Shown here in pieces: positions 37,258-47,187 of a stretch of 64,000 bases of DNA. The DNA is from Armatimonadota bacterium (lineage in GTDB: Bacteria; Armatimonadota; UBA5829; DSUL01). The notes beneath the pieces are model-generated. The model saw only the letters and a program-made list of their open reading frames with translations, was not told where the DNA came from and searched no databases. The DNA lies in NCBI GenBank assembly GCA_039811685.1, contig JBDHZC010000003.1:160001-224000 (forward strand), given 5' to 3'. Made by a program: the position numbers and the translations under genes. The stretch's first letter is position 1; each line of letters begins with the position of its first letter.

Positions 37258-39723
37258 TTACCACGCCTGGATGTCGGTCTGAGTGCGCACAAGGATCAGC
37301 GGGCGCAGCTCTTCGCCGACCTGGTCCACCGCGCATACCCCGGTGATAATGGCGTAGCTCCACGCGCCGCTTGCGGTTATGCGGGGGCTGTACACGCATT
37401 TGGCCGTAGATCCGTCCGGGTCTTCCAGAACGATTGTCCGGCTAGCCGTATCCACAGATTGCACCCGTCCAAAGGTCTTCACCAGCATTCCAACCTGACT
37501 CGGGCCTCCCGCCGATCCCGGTTTCACCGATACCGGACCCTGCAGACCAGAGGCGCCACCTCCAAGATGGGAGAGGGGTACGAACAGCGGTCGAACGGTC
37601 ACATTACCGACTGATTCTGGTTGCAGCGCTGTCATCAGCGCTTCGCCATTCTTCACCGAAATTGTTCCAGTAACAGAGTAGCGTCTGTTGCCAAAGGACA
37701 GACCTTGGCACCGGATACCGCTTGATCCCATAGGGTCCTGGAGTGCGCCCGAGACGCCGATGTCAGCCACACCTGCGCCTGAAACCACGTCCGTAAGGAC
37801 AAATGGCGTACCCGCCGGGAGTTGTCTCGCTGCGCCCGGAGTGGTAACTACTGGCAGCACAGAATATTCTCTGAGACGGGCTCCGTACAAGGTGTAAAGC
37901 GTTCCCGCCGGATCGGCATCGGCGCTTAGCGCGTCGAGATACGCTGCCGTCTCATAGTGTTGATCCAGACGCATCTGGACGATCCCGCCTGTGCTGCTGT
38001 CAATAAATAGCCGCCCCTCAGTCAGCGCGAGCGCCCCCGGATTCACCTGACCCAGGAAGATGTTTGGATCGGTGAGATTGAAGCTTGCCAGCAGCGCCCC
38101 TGTCGGCGCATACTTGCGAACGACCCTGTCTTGATAGCGGGACTCGTAGAGATTGCCGTCGCTATCAACTTTGATGCCGCCAACCGTGTGCACAGCAGGG
38201 AACACATAACCCGGCCCGCCAAACGTCCGCAGATACTGTCCATCGGAGGAGTACTGGTAGATCGCGTTATCCAGATAGCGCGCAACAAAGACATCCCCGT
38301 CGCTGTTAGTTGTCAGCGCATGGGCGATCCAAGGAAGCATCCATACAGGGTTCCCGCCCGCAGAGAACTTGCACACACTGTCTGCCGTTGCAACGTAGAA
38401 GCTACCATCTGGACCGACGCTGACTGCTCGCACTCCCGGAGCTAACGATTTCTGCGGTGGAGTAGCAATCGCCTGGATGAACCGGCCATCCGGGTGGAAT
38501 ATCTTGCAGGTGTCGTCTTCTGTGTCAACGATGAACAGCCGCCCATCTGGAGCGCGGGCGACGTCTGCCGGAGAGTAGAGATTGTGCAAGGGTCGTGGAA
38601 ACGAAATCTGATACCAGGCCGATCCTGGAGATGTAAAGCCCGCAAGCCACGTTTTATCAAACAGGTCCAAACCCCAGACTATGCCGGTTGGGTCCGGATA
38701 CAGCGCTGTGAAACGGTACGCTGGCTGAAGAGTCTCCTGTCCGAGGAGTGCCCCGGAGGTGTCCAGTTTTGTAATGGACGTCGCGCCGAGAACGACTATG
38801 CCGCCGTCACCGGTCTGGCAGACATCCAGTGGAGTGTTGATGTAGCTGCCTTGCCAGAGAGCTAGCTGGGTCCCTGAAGACGTGTGTTTAGTGATCGTGT
38901 GCTGCGACGTGTGGACCGCGTAGACAAAACCCTCAGCGTCTACGCCACAGGAGTTGCCGGAAGTCACGTTCAGAAACTGTGTATTCGGCAGGTCCGGATT
39001 CTGCAACCTGCGGATAGTTACCGTGTCGCAGGCGTAGATGGAGCCATCCGGACCGAAAACCATTTTCGATCCGCCGGCCGGACGTGTGGAGACTACGTCA
39101 CCACTTTGTGTGAACTCGACCAGTGTCCCCGAAAAGTTCGCGTACAAGTGGCCTCGGCCATCCACGAGCAACCCGCTCGGTTGGGCGGGCGCCGGGGGAG
39201 AACCAGTGACGTATCGCCAGGACATCACCGGCTGCATATCTTCGTCGAACTTGACGACGCGATTGTTTTTGCTGTCGCTGATGTAAAGGACATTGTTCGC
39301 GTCGAATGCAACGCCCGCTATTGCGCCGACGTGTTCAGGAGATCCCGTTCCCCAGCTACTGCCGCTCTTCAGCCCGCCAGTGATAGCCGGCGCGACTACC
39401 GAAACTGTCGCCCATGCCTCTAATCCATCGTGCGCAGTCGCATGAACGCCGAAAAAGCTATAAGCCGGGCTGGCTATTGCGGTCAGTATCCCGTCGGGCG
39501 CTATCGTGCCGATAGAAGGGTCACACTCCCAGATCACGCTCTCTTCTTCGACGGCGACTCCACCGTCGTCGCTGTACCGGACAACGGCAAAGGCCTGCGT
39601 CGCGCCTGTGGGGACCGCCGGGCCTCCCGGCGAGATGTAGATACGGTCAGCGCGTATCTGACAGGGAATCGCTCCTATCAGAAGATACAGAACAATCAGC
39701 GGCTTCCAATTTGAATACAGCAC
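37258..39723 (-). CDS. Secreted NHL-repeat beta-propeller protein with Ig-like N-domain and C-terminal recurrent module
   Basis: GAGGT SD 8 nt before GTG 39723; signal peptide; NHL-like GVAFD...LYISDSKNNRVVKFD and PADVARAPDGRLFIVDT. Confidence 0.75.
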   Translation of the reverse strand: MLYSNWKPLIVLYLLIGAIPCQIRADRIYISPGGPAVPTGATQAFAVVRYSDDGGVAVEEESVIWECDPSIGTIAPDGILTAIASPAYSFFGVHATAHDGLEAWATVSVVAPAITGGLKSGSSWGTGSPEHVGAIAGVAFDANNVLYISDSKNNRVVKFDEDMQPVMSWRYVTGSPPAPAQPSGLLVDGRGHLYANFSGTLVEFTQSGDVVSTRPAGGSKMVFGPDGSIYACDTVTIRRLQNPDLPNTQFLNVTSGNSCGVDAEGFVYAVHTSQHTITKHTSSGTQLALWQGSYINTPLDVCQTGDGGIVVLGATSITKLDTSGALLGQETLQPAYRFTALYPDPTGIVWGLDLFDKTWLAGFTSPGSAWYQISFPRPLHNLYSPADVARAPDGRLFIVDTEDDTCKIFHPDGRFIQAIATPPQKSLAPGVRAVSVGPDGSFYVATADSVCKFSAGGNPVWMLPWIAHALTTNSDGDVFVARYLDNAIYQYSSDGQYLRTFGGPGYVFPAVHTVGGIKVDSDGNLYESRYQDRVVRKYAPTGALLASFNLTDPNIFLGQVNPGALALTEGRLFIDSSTGGIVQMRLDQHYETAAYLDALSADADPAGTLYTLYGARLREYSVLPVVTTPGAARQLPAGTPFVLTDVVSGAGVADIGVSGALQDPMGSSGIRCQGLSFGNRRYSVTGTISVKNGEALMTALQPESVGNVTVRPLFVPLSHLGGGASGLQGPVSVKPGSAGGPSQVGMLVKTFGRVQSVDTASRTIVLEDPDGSTAKCVYSPRITASGAWSYAIITGVCAVDQVGEELRPLILVRTQTDIQAW

Positions 39724-39852
39724 TGTTCGATACCTCGACTGAACATGATCTGAGTTGTAACAGTTATGGTAACTCTGCGGCGGCAGCCGGTCAAGTAGAG
39801 CTTCAGCATTGCGAAATTGATTCTCCCCATCTCTCCGCTGTATAATCGCGTT

Positions 39853-42800
39853 ATGCACTCTCTTCTCCCTGGACTGCGCCGTCCAGCGACTGTGTGGCGC
39901 GCAACAATGGTGATTGCTCTCTTGGCAACTTGTGTTCCGGTATCCAGTGCTCGAGACTGTGGGGGCATTTATACGGCTCAGCGCATTGCCAACACCAGGC
40001 GCAACTGTTCCCGTTACGGCTGGGCCAGAGATCTGAAGGCTAAGGCACTCGAAGCCGCCCGCCCGTGGAAGGACATGTCTGATGAGGCGCTCTGGCGTAT
40101 GGTTCCAGGGCAGGACTTGCCGCGCTGCATTGACGTCTCCTGGGATTACAATCTGGAACCGCATCGGGTTGGCTGCCTCAACTGCGGGAGTAAGATTGAC
40201 GGCTTTGGCAACTATCCCTATCGCCCCGACATTCCGGCAAGAACCTGGAAGCTGACCTGCCCCTCCTGCGGCGCCGTCTTCCCAACCAACGACTTTGGCA
40301 AATACTACCAGAGCGCCATCGACGAGCATGGGCTCTTCAATCCGGCTAAAGGTGACCGGTCACTTCTGTTCAACACCGACCACCCGGATCCTTCAGATCC
40401 GCTGCACACCTATGGCGTTGATGACGGCTTCGGCTACAAAGCTGCGGACGGACGCACATACAAGTTTGTTGGCTACTATACGTGGAAACTCTGGCGGGAA
40501 TTGCTGGGTGGATTACAGCGCCTGTCAGAAGCCTATCTCTACACCGGCGACAAGACCTATGCGCGCAAGGCTGCCATCATACTGGATCGCATAGCCGACG
40601 TCTATCCCTCTATGGACTGGAAGACTTATGCGGATATGGGATGGTACCACTCAGATGGGTCTTCTCACAAAGGCAAAATTGAGGGCTGTATCTGGGAAAC
40701 CGGAGTTGTGCGGTGGATGGCCGACAGCTATGACATGATCCTGAGTGGGACGGTGGACAATCCCGAACTCTACGCCTTTTTGTCAGATCGCGCGAAGGCG
40801 TACGCGTTGCCTCGCCCCAAGGGAACACGCGATCTCTTTGTCGCGAATGTGGATGACAACATTCTGCGCTGCGCCGCGCAGGCGATCAAAGACGGCCGCA
40901 TCCGTGGTAACGAAGGGATGCACCAGAGCGCCATGGCCGCGCTGGCGACTGCGCTCAACACAGATCCTGAGACGTCGCAGTGGCTGGACTATATATTCGC
41001 GCCGGAAGGAGGAGCCATTCCCGGTGTGATCGTCGGCAAGATAGACCGGGACGGCTTTGGGGGCGAAGGAGCGCCCGGCTACTCCCTGCTCTGGAACAGC
41101 GTCATTGCCGATCTGGCCGAGCGCCTGGCCACGTTCCCTGCCTATAACCGTCACAGCATTTTCCGGGATTTCCCGCAATTCCGCCGCTCTTACACCTCAG
41201 CCTGGCGCGCCTGCGTCCTGGGCTTGTCCACTCCTTCTATTGGAGATTCAGGCGCAACGGGCTTGCTGGCTGCTATCAACGTTGATCCGGAACGGATGGC
41301 GAGAGGTTTTTACTACCTGCGCGATGCCGAGATTGCTCGCGCTACCTGGGAGGCCAACGGCAAAAGTGCCAAAGGGTTGCACGGTACAGTTTTCGATCCG
41401 GACCCGGAGAAGCTTGCAGAAGACATCGAGAAAGCCGCGAAAAGCCAGACTCAACAGAGCGTTTCCAGCCGGAACCTCGCCGGCTTCGGGTTGGCAGATT
41501 TGGAGAGTGGCGGTGCAAAGGACGGGACGGCCCTCTGGCTTTACTACGGCCGCATGGACCACCACGGACACGCCGATCGTCTCAACATAGGCATGTATGC
41601 CTTTGGGGTGGACCTTGCTCCGGACCTTGGCTACCCGGAGTTTGCCGCAGACTGGCCGCACCGCTACGCCTGGACTAACAATACGCTATCTCACAACACG
41701 GTGATCGTTGACGGGGCACCACAGGAGCGCAATCTCTCCGGGCGTCCGCTCTGGTTCCGCCAGTTCGATGGAATCGGAGCGGCTCAGATTGAAAGCCCAG
41801 GTGTCTATCCGGGGACATCTCTGTATGGGCGCACGATTGCCCTGGTCCAGTCACCCGGCGGCGCTTATGGCGTGGACATTTTCCGCGTCGCTGGAGGAAA
41901 AGAACACGTCTTCAGCTTTCACGGCCCGCCCGGGCCCCTCGCCGCGGATGGTCTCAGCCTCACCGCTCAGCCAAGAGGCACTTATGCCGGCCCGAACATT
42001 GCTTTCGCGAGCTTGGACGCCGCGGTCCCATTGGGATTTTCCTTTCTCTACAACGTATCTCGGGACACTCGCCCATCGTCCTCCTTTGCGCTGGACTGGA
42101 AAGCGGAAGCGGGCTATCGTTCAGTGATTGACAAAGACGACATCCATCTGCGTCTGCACTCGTTGACTTCACTCAGCGAGGTAGCGCTTGCAGACGGCGA
42201 CCCGCCACAGAACAAGCCCGGCAACCCTCGCCGCATCCGCTATGCCCTGTTGAAGCGTTCCGGACAAAACCTTGCGAGCGCTTTTGTCAGTATCCTCGAA
42301 CCTTACAAACAGAAGCCCTTCATTGACAGGGCTTCCAGTCTACTTGTTTCCGGCTCAGACAGCTCCCGCGCCGTGCGTGTGGCGCTAAAAGACGGCTCCG
42401 TTGACTGTATTCTAAGCTCAGTGGACGGCCAGAGGATCGAGGCTGGCGGCATTACCACTGATGCCTCGCTAGCCTTCCTTCGCTTTTCGAACGGCCGGAT
42501 CAAACAGGCTGCGCTGTTCGGAGGCACGAGCCTGCAGTACGGGGACTTTACACTCAACGCGCAGGCCCCGATCCGCGGTAAAGTCGTAAAATGGGACGAA
42601 GGTCTGAACGGCAAAGGCCGGATCTGGGTCCAGGCGGACATCGCAGACGCCGGAGCGCTGACAGGTGAGCAGATTGTCATTGAGAATGACGGAGCGCTGA
42701 ACGCCTGCTATGACATTCGCAGCGTAATCCGAGATGGAAAGCTCTGGTGCGTTGACTGCGGAGATGTTTCTTTTGTTCGCGGATATCTTGATGCGTCCAA

Positions 42801-42891
42801 CTATGACAAAGGTTTTACTTATAACTTTAACTCTGGCGCGGGGTTCACAATCTACAATAGCGCCGAGTGGACGGCCAAGCCAGAGCGGTGA
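39853..42891 (+). CDS. Heparinase II/III-like polysaccharide lyase family protein
   Basis: Signal peptide; EGAPGY, HGHADRLNIG, DLGYP, SHNTVIVDG, VDIFRV. Confidence 0.8.
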   Translation: MHSLLPGLRRPATVWRATMVIALLATCVPVSSARDCGGIYTAQRIANTRRNCSRYGWARDLKAKALEAARPWKDMSDEALWRMVPGQDLPRCIDVSWDYNLEPHRVGCLNCGSKIDGFGNYPYRPDIPARTWKLTCPSCGAVFPTNDFGKYYQSAIDEHGLFNPAKGDRSLLFNTDHPDPSDPLHTYGVDDGFGYKAADGRTYKFVGYYTWKLWRELLGGLQRLSEAYLYTGDKTYARKAAIILDRIADVYPSMDWKTYADMGWYHSDGSSHKGKIEGCIWETGVVRWMADSYDMILSGTVDNPELYAFLSDRAKAYALPRPKGTRDLFVANVDDNILRCAAQAIKDGRIRGNEGMHQSAMAALATALNTDPETSQWLDYIFAPEGGAIPGVIVGKIDRDGFGGEGAPGYSLLWNSVIADLAERLATFPAYNRHSIFRDFPQFRRSYTSAWRACVLGLSTPSIGDSGATGLLAAINVDPERMARGFYYLRDAEIARATWEANGKSAKGLHGTVFDPDPEKLAEDIEKAAKSQTQQSVSSRNLAGFGLADLESGGAKDGTALWLYYGRMDHHGHADRLNIGMYAFGVDLAPDLGYPEFAADWPHRYAWTNNTLSHNTVIVDGAPQERNLSGRPLWFRQFDGIGAAQIESPGVYPGTSLYGRTIALVQSPGGAYGVDIFRVAGGKEHVFSFHGPPGPLAADGLSLTAQPRGTYAGPNIAFASLDAAVPLGFSFLYNVSRDTRPSSSFALDWKAEAGYRSVIDKDDIHLRLHSLTSLSEVALADGDPPQNKPGNPRRIRYALLKRSGQNLASAFVSILEPYKQKPFIDRASSLLVSGSDSSRAVRVALKDGSVDCILSSVDGQRIEAGGITTDASLAFLRFSNGRIKQAALFGGTSLQYGDFTLNAQAPIRGKVVKWDEGLNGKGRIWVQADIADAGALTGEQIVIENDGALNACYDIRSVIRDGKLWCVDCGDVSFVRGYLDASNYDKGFTYNFNSGAGFTIYNSAEWTAKPER

Positions 42892-42900
42892 ACAGATCAG

Positions 42901-43617
42901 GTGACTCAGCGCTCTGCAGGCGGCTCTGCTATCAGAGTGCTGGATGAACATCACGCTTCCCTGCTGGGATGCTCTGCTGAGGACCTGCGTTCCGGCGAAT
43001 TGAGAGTTGTGAAGAGTCCCCACCGCAACATTCGCATTGCCAAGGGCTGCCCGCTGCCGGCTTTTGCTATGGATACAGGCGAAGGGACACTGTATTCAGT
43101 CCGGCCGGATCTCTGTGAGGCTGTCAGCGACGCGGTTCGGAGCTCTCAGAATCTCAATGAGGTCACCTGTCAGAGAGTCGAAACTGCTCTCGCGGGGTGG
43201 GTGTCAGAAGTGGAGTGGTTTCGTGGTGTCCGGCTCTGGCTCGACACACAACACTTCATCGATTGCCAGAAGAACGGCGTTGTGGACATCAGCGAGTCTC
43301 ACGCTACGGGGAAAAATCTGAGGCGCATCTGGGGCGGTCCGGTGTTTGCTCATCTCATAGATGGGGCGCCCGTCTCCTGGGCTGCCGTCAAGCTCATTGG
43401 TCAAAAAGTCTGGGATGTCGGCTGTGTTGAAACACTGCCTGGTTTTCGCGGTCAGAGCTACGCCCGAAGCGTCGTATCTGTCGCTCTGAAGTATATCTTC
43501 GATGCCGGCCGCCTGGCCTGCTGGGGCACCGACGCCGACAACGCCGCGTCTCTCCGGACTGCCAGAGCGCTTGGTTTCCAGCGCTATGCGCTGGAACATG
43601 GGTGTTTTGTCCTGTAA
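42901..43617 (+). CDS. GNAT family acetyltransferase
   Basis: VETLPGFRGQSYA (motif A) and NAASLRTARALGF (motif B). Confidence 0.85.
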   Translation: MTQRSAGGSAIRVLDEHHASLLGCSAEDLRSGELRVVKSPHRNIRIAKGCPLPAFAMDTGEGTLYSVRPDLCEAVSDAVRSSQNLNEVTCQRVETALAGWVSEVEWFRGVRLWLDTQHFIDCQKNGVVDISESHATGKNLRRIWGGPVFAHLIDGAPVSWAAVKLIGQKVWDVGCVETLPGFRGQSYARSVVSVALKYIFDAGRLACWGTDADNAASLRTARALGFQRYALEHGCFVL

Positions 43618-43780
43618 GGACGGCGGCAGTTTGCCAAAACTCGCTATACATGAGTCTCAGTCAACTGAGTCCGCAATCGGCAAGTCGCCGATCTTGCGAT
43701 AGTCTCAGGTTGCCTGGGGCAAGGAAGCGCGCTCAGAGAGCTGTGTCGTCACAAGTGTCAAAATCTGGAGGAGATCAGCA

Positions 43781-44710
43781 GTGAGTCAGGTCGGAAAACT
43801 CGAAAAAGTAAGCATTCAATCCGTTTGGCGAACAGAGCCGGAGTTTACGAGATGGCTTGAGCAGAATCCAGACACGCTCAGCGAGACGCTCGGTACGGCT
43901 ATCGAATCTCTGACGCGTGAAATGTCCGCAGGCGACTTCTTCGTAGATCTGGTCGGCGAAGATGGATCCGGTGGAAAGGTAGTTATTGAAAATCAGTACG
44001 GAAAAAGCGATCACGACCATCTGGGCAAAGTCCTGACATACCTTGCGGCTTTTGAAGCTGTAACGGCGGTCTGGATTGTAGAGACACCACGTCCTGAACA
44101 TGTCAAAGCTTTTGCCTGGTTGAACGATGCGTCCTCAGCCAGCTTCTATCTGGTTCAGATGCAGGCCGTCCGTATTGGAGACTCTGCGCCGGCCCCGCTT
44201 CTCACGCTCATTCTTGGCCCAAGTGAGGAGCGCGGGAGGGTCGGCGAGATTAAGAGGACACTTCGCGAAAGGCAACAGGTGCTATTGGAGTTCTGGACGA
44301 TATTTGCTGAAGCGTTAAAAAAAGCTGGGGATAGTGCGCATGCGCATCTCAAACCTACCTATGGCGATTGGCTATCCACTGCGGCAGGGATTACTGGATT
44401 GGGATACGCGTACGTCCTTTTGAACGATAGCGCCCGAATCGAGCTCTATATAGACAAAGACACCACAGAAGCAGAAAATCGCGAATTGTTTGACAGATTG
44501 CTCAGCCATAAAGAGGCCATCGAGCGCGACTTCGGCGCCCCTTTAGATTGGGAGGCGCTTGACGGCAAGCGCGCAAAAAGAATTGCCTGGCGGACCGATC
44601 TGGGCGGGATCAAGAACCGCAAGAAATGGCCACAGCTTCAGGCGGAGCTCATTGACCGCATGCACCGCTTCATGAATGCGCTGAATCCGTATGTATCGGC
44701 ACTGAAATAG
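43781..44710 (+). CDS. NucS/EndoMS-like PD-(D/E)xK domain fused to DUF4268
   Basis: EPEFTRWL, VDL...VVIENQ...DHDHLGKVLTY; C-terminal EFW...IELYID...IERDFGAPLDWE. Confidence 0.8.
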   Translation: MSQVGKLEKVSIQSVWRTEPEFTRWLEQNPDTLSETLGTAIESLTREMSAGDFFVDLVGEDGSGGKVVIENQYGKSDHDHLGKVLTYLAAFEAVTAVWIVETPRPEHVKAFAWLNDASSASFYLVQMQAVRIGDSAPAPLLTLILGPSEERGRVGEIKRTLRERQQVLLEFWTIFAEALKKAGDSAHAHLKPTYGDWLSTAAGITGLGYAYVLLNDSARIELYIDKDTTEAENRELFDRLLSHKEAIERDFGAPLDWEALDGKRAKRIAWRTDLGGIKNRKKWPQLQAELIDRMHRFMNALNPYVSALK

Positions 44711-44784
44711 ACTGTCTATTCAGCCGACTTAGCGGAAGCGTGCCACCTTGCACACTTCCGCCCCGGTCTCAGGCTAGATGTGGC

Positions 44785-45516
44785 CTAGAACGCCCAGGTT
44801 GCGCCGAGCGCCAACTGATTCCTGAAGCCCTGCCCGAGATTAGCCAGGCCAATATCCAGATTCAGGTTCTTGTTGACGACATAGCGGGCGGCAAGGTCGC
44901 TCCATGTTTTGGATCCAACCTGCTGGCGAACTTCCGTGCCAACAATCAGGTTCTTGGTGACAAAGATCGCAACTAGCCCCTCAAAGCGGACTTTGTGGCT
45001 GCCCAGTCCGTACACTCCCTGACCAAGAGACGGGGTCGAACGAACGCCCGCGCTCAGGATGATCGGGTGGTCTTTCACGTCCGAAAACACCTTCGTCGCT
45101 ACAATCCCGTACTCCTGATCAGACTTGGACCCGTCCAGATCGCGGTGCAGGACCCACACAGCCACAGCCGGGGAGTTCTTCGTTTCCGCAACAAACTGAT
45201 ACTTGGCGTGAACGATATTCTGGTCTTTGAGACCGGGCACATCCACAAATACCCGCGTGTAGCCGATGTCCGCTTTTCCGCCTAGCCCATGTGTTACGCT
45301 GGCCGAGTGGACGGCTCCAACCTGATCCAGACTCACGTAGTGATAGGCCACTTCCGTCTTGTTCGCGCCGAGAGGATAGGCCAGCGCGTTCAAAAAGACG
45401 CCGTTTTGCCCTTCCCAGTTGAGCGCCGCATGCGCCCCGGGCGCAGGCAGGATCAGCGCAGCCGAAACCGCAAGGGCGGCGACAGTTACAAGGCGGTGAG
45501 AGATTTTGATATGCAT
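44785..45516 (-). CDS. Exported beta-strand-rich protein ending in Phe; probable outer-membrane barrel (DUF3034-like)
   Basis: Signal peptide AHA|ALNWEGQNGVFLNALAY; alternating beta pattern; terminal ...ATWAF. Confidence 0.6.
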   Translation of the reverse strand: MHIKISHRLVTVAALAVSAALILPAPGAHAALNWEGQNGVFLNALAYPLGANKTEVAYHYVSLDQVGAVHSASVTHGLGGKADIGYTRVFVDVPGLKDQNIVHAKYQFVAETKNSPAVAVWVLHRDLDGSKSDQEYGIVATKVFSDVKDHPIILSAGVRSTPSLGQGVYGLGSHKVRFEGLVAIFVTKNLIVGTEVRQQVGSKTWSDLAARYVVNKNLNLDIGLANLGQGFRNQLALGATWAF

Positions 45517-45553
45517 TTGATAGCTTCCTTTTTCTTGTTCTTTTGTTTGTATC

Positions 45554-46912
45554 CTAGACTAGGCTGGATGCAACGCCGAGGGTAGAGCCTGGCTGTCCGG
45601 CGACTGTCTGGCTGGCAGCCAGAGCCTGCTCGAGGTCCGCGATGATGTCATTCACATCCTCGATGCCGACCGAGAGCCGGACGTAGTCTTCGCTGACTCC
45701 CGACGAGGCTTGTTCTTCAGGCGTTAACTGTTGATGCGTCGTTGATGCGGGATGAACGATGAGGCTCTTGGCATCTCCCATATTCACCAGATGCGAGAAC
45801 AGCTTTACACTGTCAATCAAGCGGATACCGGCCTCACGGCCTCCTTTGATTCCGAATCCGATCATGGCGCCGAAACCCTCCTTCAGAAAGCGTGCTGCGC
45901 GGTCGTGGTCACGGTGGGACGGCAGGCCCGGGTAATTCACCCATGTCACGGCCGGGTTGCTCTCCAGCCACTCGGCCACGCGCAGCGCGTTCTCTGAGTG
46001 TTTGCGGATACGCAGTGGCAGGGTCTCCAGGCCCTGCAGGAAGAGAAACGCGTTGAACGGAGACAGCGCCGGTCCGATATCGCGCAGGAGCTGAACTCTG
46101 GCCTTGATGATATAGGCTATCCCGGGAACAACGGCCTGGTCGTGGCTACCAAACGCCGCCCAGTAGTTTACGCCATGATAAGACGGGTCTGGTTCGGTGA
46201 TCTCGGGAAACTTGCCGTTGTCCCAGTTGAACGTTCCCAGCTCCACGATCGCACCGCCGATGCTCGTCCCGTGTCCCCCGATGAACTTTGTCAGAGAATA
46301 GACAACGATGTCCGCGCCGAGCTCTTTGAGCCGCAGAAGAGGAGGCGGGCTGACCGTGTTGTCCACAATGAACGGAATCCCGTGCCGATGAGCGACCTCG
46401 GCAATAGCGGGGAAATCGTCCACGTTGTTGGCCGGATTGCCGATTGACTCTGTATAGACGAGGCGTGTATTTTCATCAATCGCCTTCTCGATATTGGACG
46501 GATCCGAGGAGTCCACAAAACGCACCTGGATGCCCAGCTTCGGCAGTGTATAGTGGAAGAGATTGAACGTCCCGCCATAAAGGCAGGTTGTGGACACGAT
46601 ATTCTGCCCGGCTTGCGTGATGTTCAGAATCGCCAGCGTGATCGCAGACTGACCTGACGCCAGGGCCAGCGCTCCGGTTCCACCGTCAAGCTCTGCCAGA
46701 CGCTTCTCGAGCACATCTGTCGTCGGGTTCATAATACGGGTGTAGATGTTGCCGAACTCGCGCAAACCGAAGAGATTCGCTGCGTGCTCCACAGAATTGA
46801 ACACGTACGACGTAGTTTGATAGATGGGCACGGCCCGAGAGTTTGTGGCCGAATCCGGCGTCTGTCCTCCGTGGAGGGCGACGGTATCTGGACGGAATCC
46901 GTTGGCGGACAA
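45554..46912 (-). CDS. metY: O-acetylhomoserine/O-acetylserine sulfhydrylase
   Basis: [24 protein letters not shown] lysine [30 protein letters not shown]. Confidence 0.93.
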   Translation of the reverse strand: MSANGFRPDTVALHGGQTPDSATNSRAVPIYQTTSYVFNSVEHAANLFGLREFGNIYTRIMNPTTDVLEKRLAELDGGTGALALASGQSAITLAILNITQAGQNIVSTTCLYGGTFNLFHYTLPKLGIQVRFVDSSDPSNIEKAIDENTRLVYTESIGNPANNVDDFPAIAEVAHRHGIPFIVDNTVSPPPLLRLKELGADIVVYSLTKFIGGHGTSIGGAIVELGTFNWDNGKFPEITEPDPSYHGVNYWAAFGSHDQAVVPGIAYIIKARVQLLRDIGPALSPFNAFLFLQGLETLPLRIRKHSENALRVAEWLESNPAVTWVNYPGLPSHRDHDRAARFLKEGFGAMIGFGIKGGREAGIRLIDSVKLFSHLVNMGDAKSLIVHPASTTHQQLTPEEQASSGVSEDYVRLSVGIEDVNDIIADLEQALAASQTVAGQPGSTLGVASSLV

Positions 46913-46936
46913 AGTGCTTACCTCCTAATATCTGAT

Positions 46937-46996
46937 AATATTGAGTGATTTAGTCAGGATTTGAGAAGTATAGCTGTCACACCAGACGGCTGTCAA
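46937..46996 (-). promoter_or_regulatory. metY promoter with overlapping Rrf2 (IscR/CymR)-like operator
   Basis: Minus strand: TTGACA-18 bp-TATACT, then the AT-rich imperfect palindrome AATCCTGACTAAATCACTCAATATT. Confidence 0.6.
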
Positions 46997-47187
46997 GAGG
47001 TCTGGCGCAAAAAAGCGCAATATTAGAAAATTCTCAGAAAGGAGATTGGGTGTCGTTTGGAATCAGGCGTCAGGGCGCCGCGCCCTCTAAGACGAGGCCG
47101 GAATACCTGGACTCCGTTTCTCGCTCGGCCTGACTGTGTCTGATTGTGTTCGAACTGCACCGCTAATGGCAGACTGTGGTCTCAACC

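Noticed and set aside
39724..40329. N-terminal 200-aa extension of the 37258..40329 ORF
   Set aside because: It overlaps the opposite-strand heparinase-like gene; an SD plus signal peptide support the start at 39723.
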